From Rhina ancylostomus (lineage: Eukaryota): DNA of 64,000 nt. Positions 63,050 through 64,000 of the stretch are shown in pieces (the first letter of the stretch is position 1; each line of letters starts with the position of its first letter). The notes beneath the pieces are model-generated. The model was given only the letters and a program-made list of their open reading frames with translations. It had not been told where the DNA came from and did no database searches. The stretch covers positions 26,821,593-26,885,592 of the forward strand of contig JARFYF010000017.1 in NCBI GenBank assembly GCA_030265395.1, read 5' to 3'. Both the position numbers and the translations under genes were made by a program.

Positions 63050-64000
63050 TCTGGTGTTACTCCCAAAATTGTATCCTCTGCTGAGGGAAAGTACATCATG
63101 TCCTGTTTTGCCCTGGATGGGCACAATTGCGGTAATAAACAGGTAGCACAAAGTTTGAAGAACATCAGCATGGTTTGTCCCACCCTGAAGGAATGGACCT
63201 ACAGGATCTGTCCCATGTGATAGGACTGGACTTACTGGACCTGTCCCATGTGATAGGACTGGACTTACTGGACCTGTCCCATGTGGTAGGACTGGACCTA
63301 CAGGACCTGTCCCATGCGGTAGGACTGGACCTGCAGGACCTGTCCCATTTGATAGGACTGGACCTACAGGACCTGTCCCATGCGGTAGGACTGGACCTAC
63401 AGGACCTGTCCCACACTGTAGGACAGCACTCCCCCTGAAATTCCTCATCAGCAGCACCAGGGCCTTGGAGCAGACAACAGCCCACAGTGCTGCTGAAGAG
63501 GAATCAGTCAAATGAAATCAATGATTTGATTAGAGTGGATGTGTAAGTGACCCATGTGGAACTGCAGGATACTTTTATTGTTTTAGGAAAGGTATAATTG
63601 AGGATGGCTTATATACAGTAGCTTCATTTATATACAGGTTTGATTCTGTATCCTGTGATAAATTGCTGCAGGAAAACTCTCAGTGTTTTCATTCTATGTA
63701 TTGTGTGCTGAAACAAAAAGGTGGTGACACAAGAGGAGACAAGGTTTATTTCATCAGTTCCAGCTTTTACTTCCAGTCCAGGCAGCAGCACTTTAAAATG
63801 ATCAATTGAAGAAGCCCTGTGACAGGCAGAAGCTCTGGAATCTCTAAACTGGTGGTGATCACTGTTCCAAGGCAATGTCACAGTACAATGCACAGCGCCT
63901 TTGCCTGGACCACTGCACATCCTGATACTACAAATAACTTCAGTTGAAAACTGTTTAGATGCTTGGCTCAATTTGTATCTTTCTCAATAGTTTTGTTCAC
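63050..64000 (-). mobile_element. Probable Sola-like DNA transposase remnant, internally deleted
   Basis: N-terminal-type KQFSTEVICSIR...RDSR...CVTTFLFQHTI (63624-63971) and C-terminal-type LCYLF/QLCPSRAKQDMMYFP (~63085-63160). Recognised from memory only. Confidence 0.4.
63194..63424. repeat. Minisatellite, 7 x 33 bp
   Basis: Unit TGGACCTACAGGACCTGTCCCATGYGRTAGGAC in seven exact-length copies, plus a degenerate partial copy at 63172-63193. Confidence 0.97.

Noticed and set aside
63194-63424. CRISPR array, or collagen/LRR gene, from the 33-bp repeat
   Set aside because: Units are directly adjacent with no unique spacers, the context is eukaryotic, there is no continuous Gly-X-Y or full LRR periodicity, and there is no splice support.

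Overview
Vertebrate non-coding DNA, almost certainly from a cartilaginous fish and probably a ray or related batoid. This rests on HE1/V-SINE-type SINEs, elasmobranch-type CR1 tails, Rex1/Babar, L2, Penelope, Deu-domain and LF-SINE-like repeats. It is a gapped draft assembly. I found no convincing host protein-coding exon, RNA gene or CRISPR array; most listed ORFs are chance ORFs or transposon debris. The window is a layered transposon graveyard separated by AT-rich unique blocks. Most notable: (1) a Helitron with both termini and a decayed PIF1 helicase but no Rep domain (1033-3433); (2) several Harbinger fossils, one keeping convergent Myb/SANT and transposase genes (44760-48060); (3) a decayed Gypsy provirus with both LTRs, PBS and PPT (33133-36880); (4) Penelope remnants with degenerate minimal hammerhead ribozyme cores; (5) a probable Sola-like transposase remnant whose middle holds a 7x33-bp minisatellite (63050-64000). 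Family assignments come from motif recognition by eye, not database searches, and most boundaries are approximate. I see no solid evidence of a wholly new functional system.
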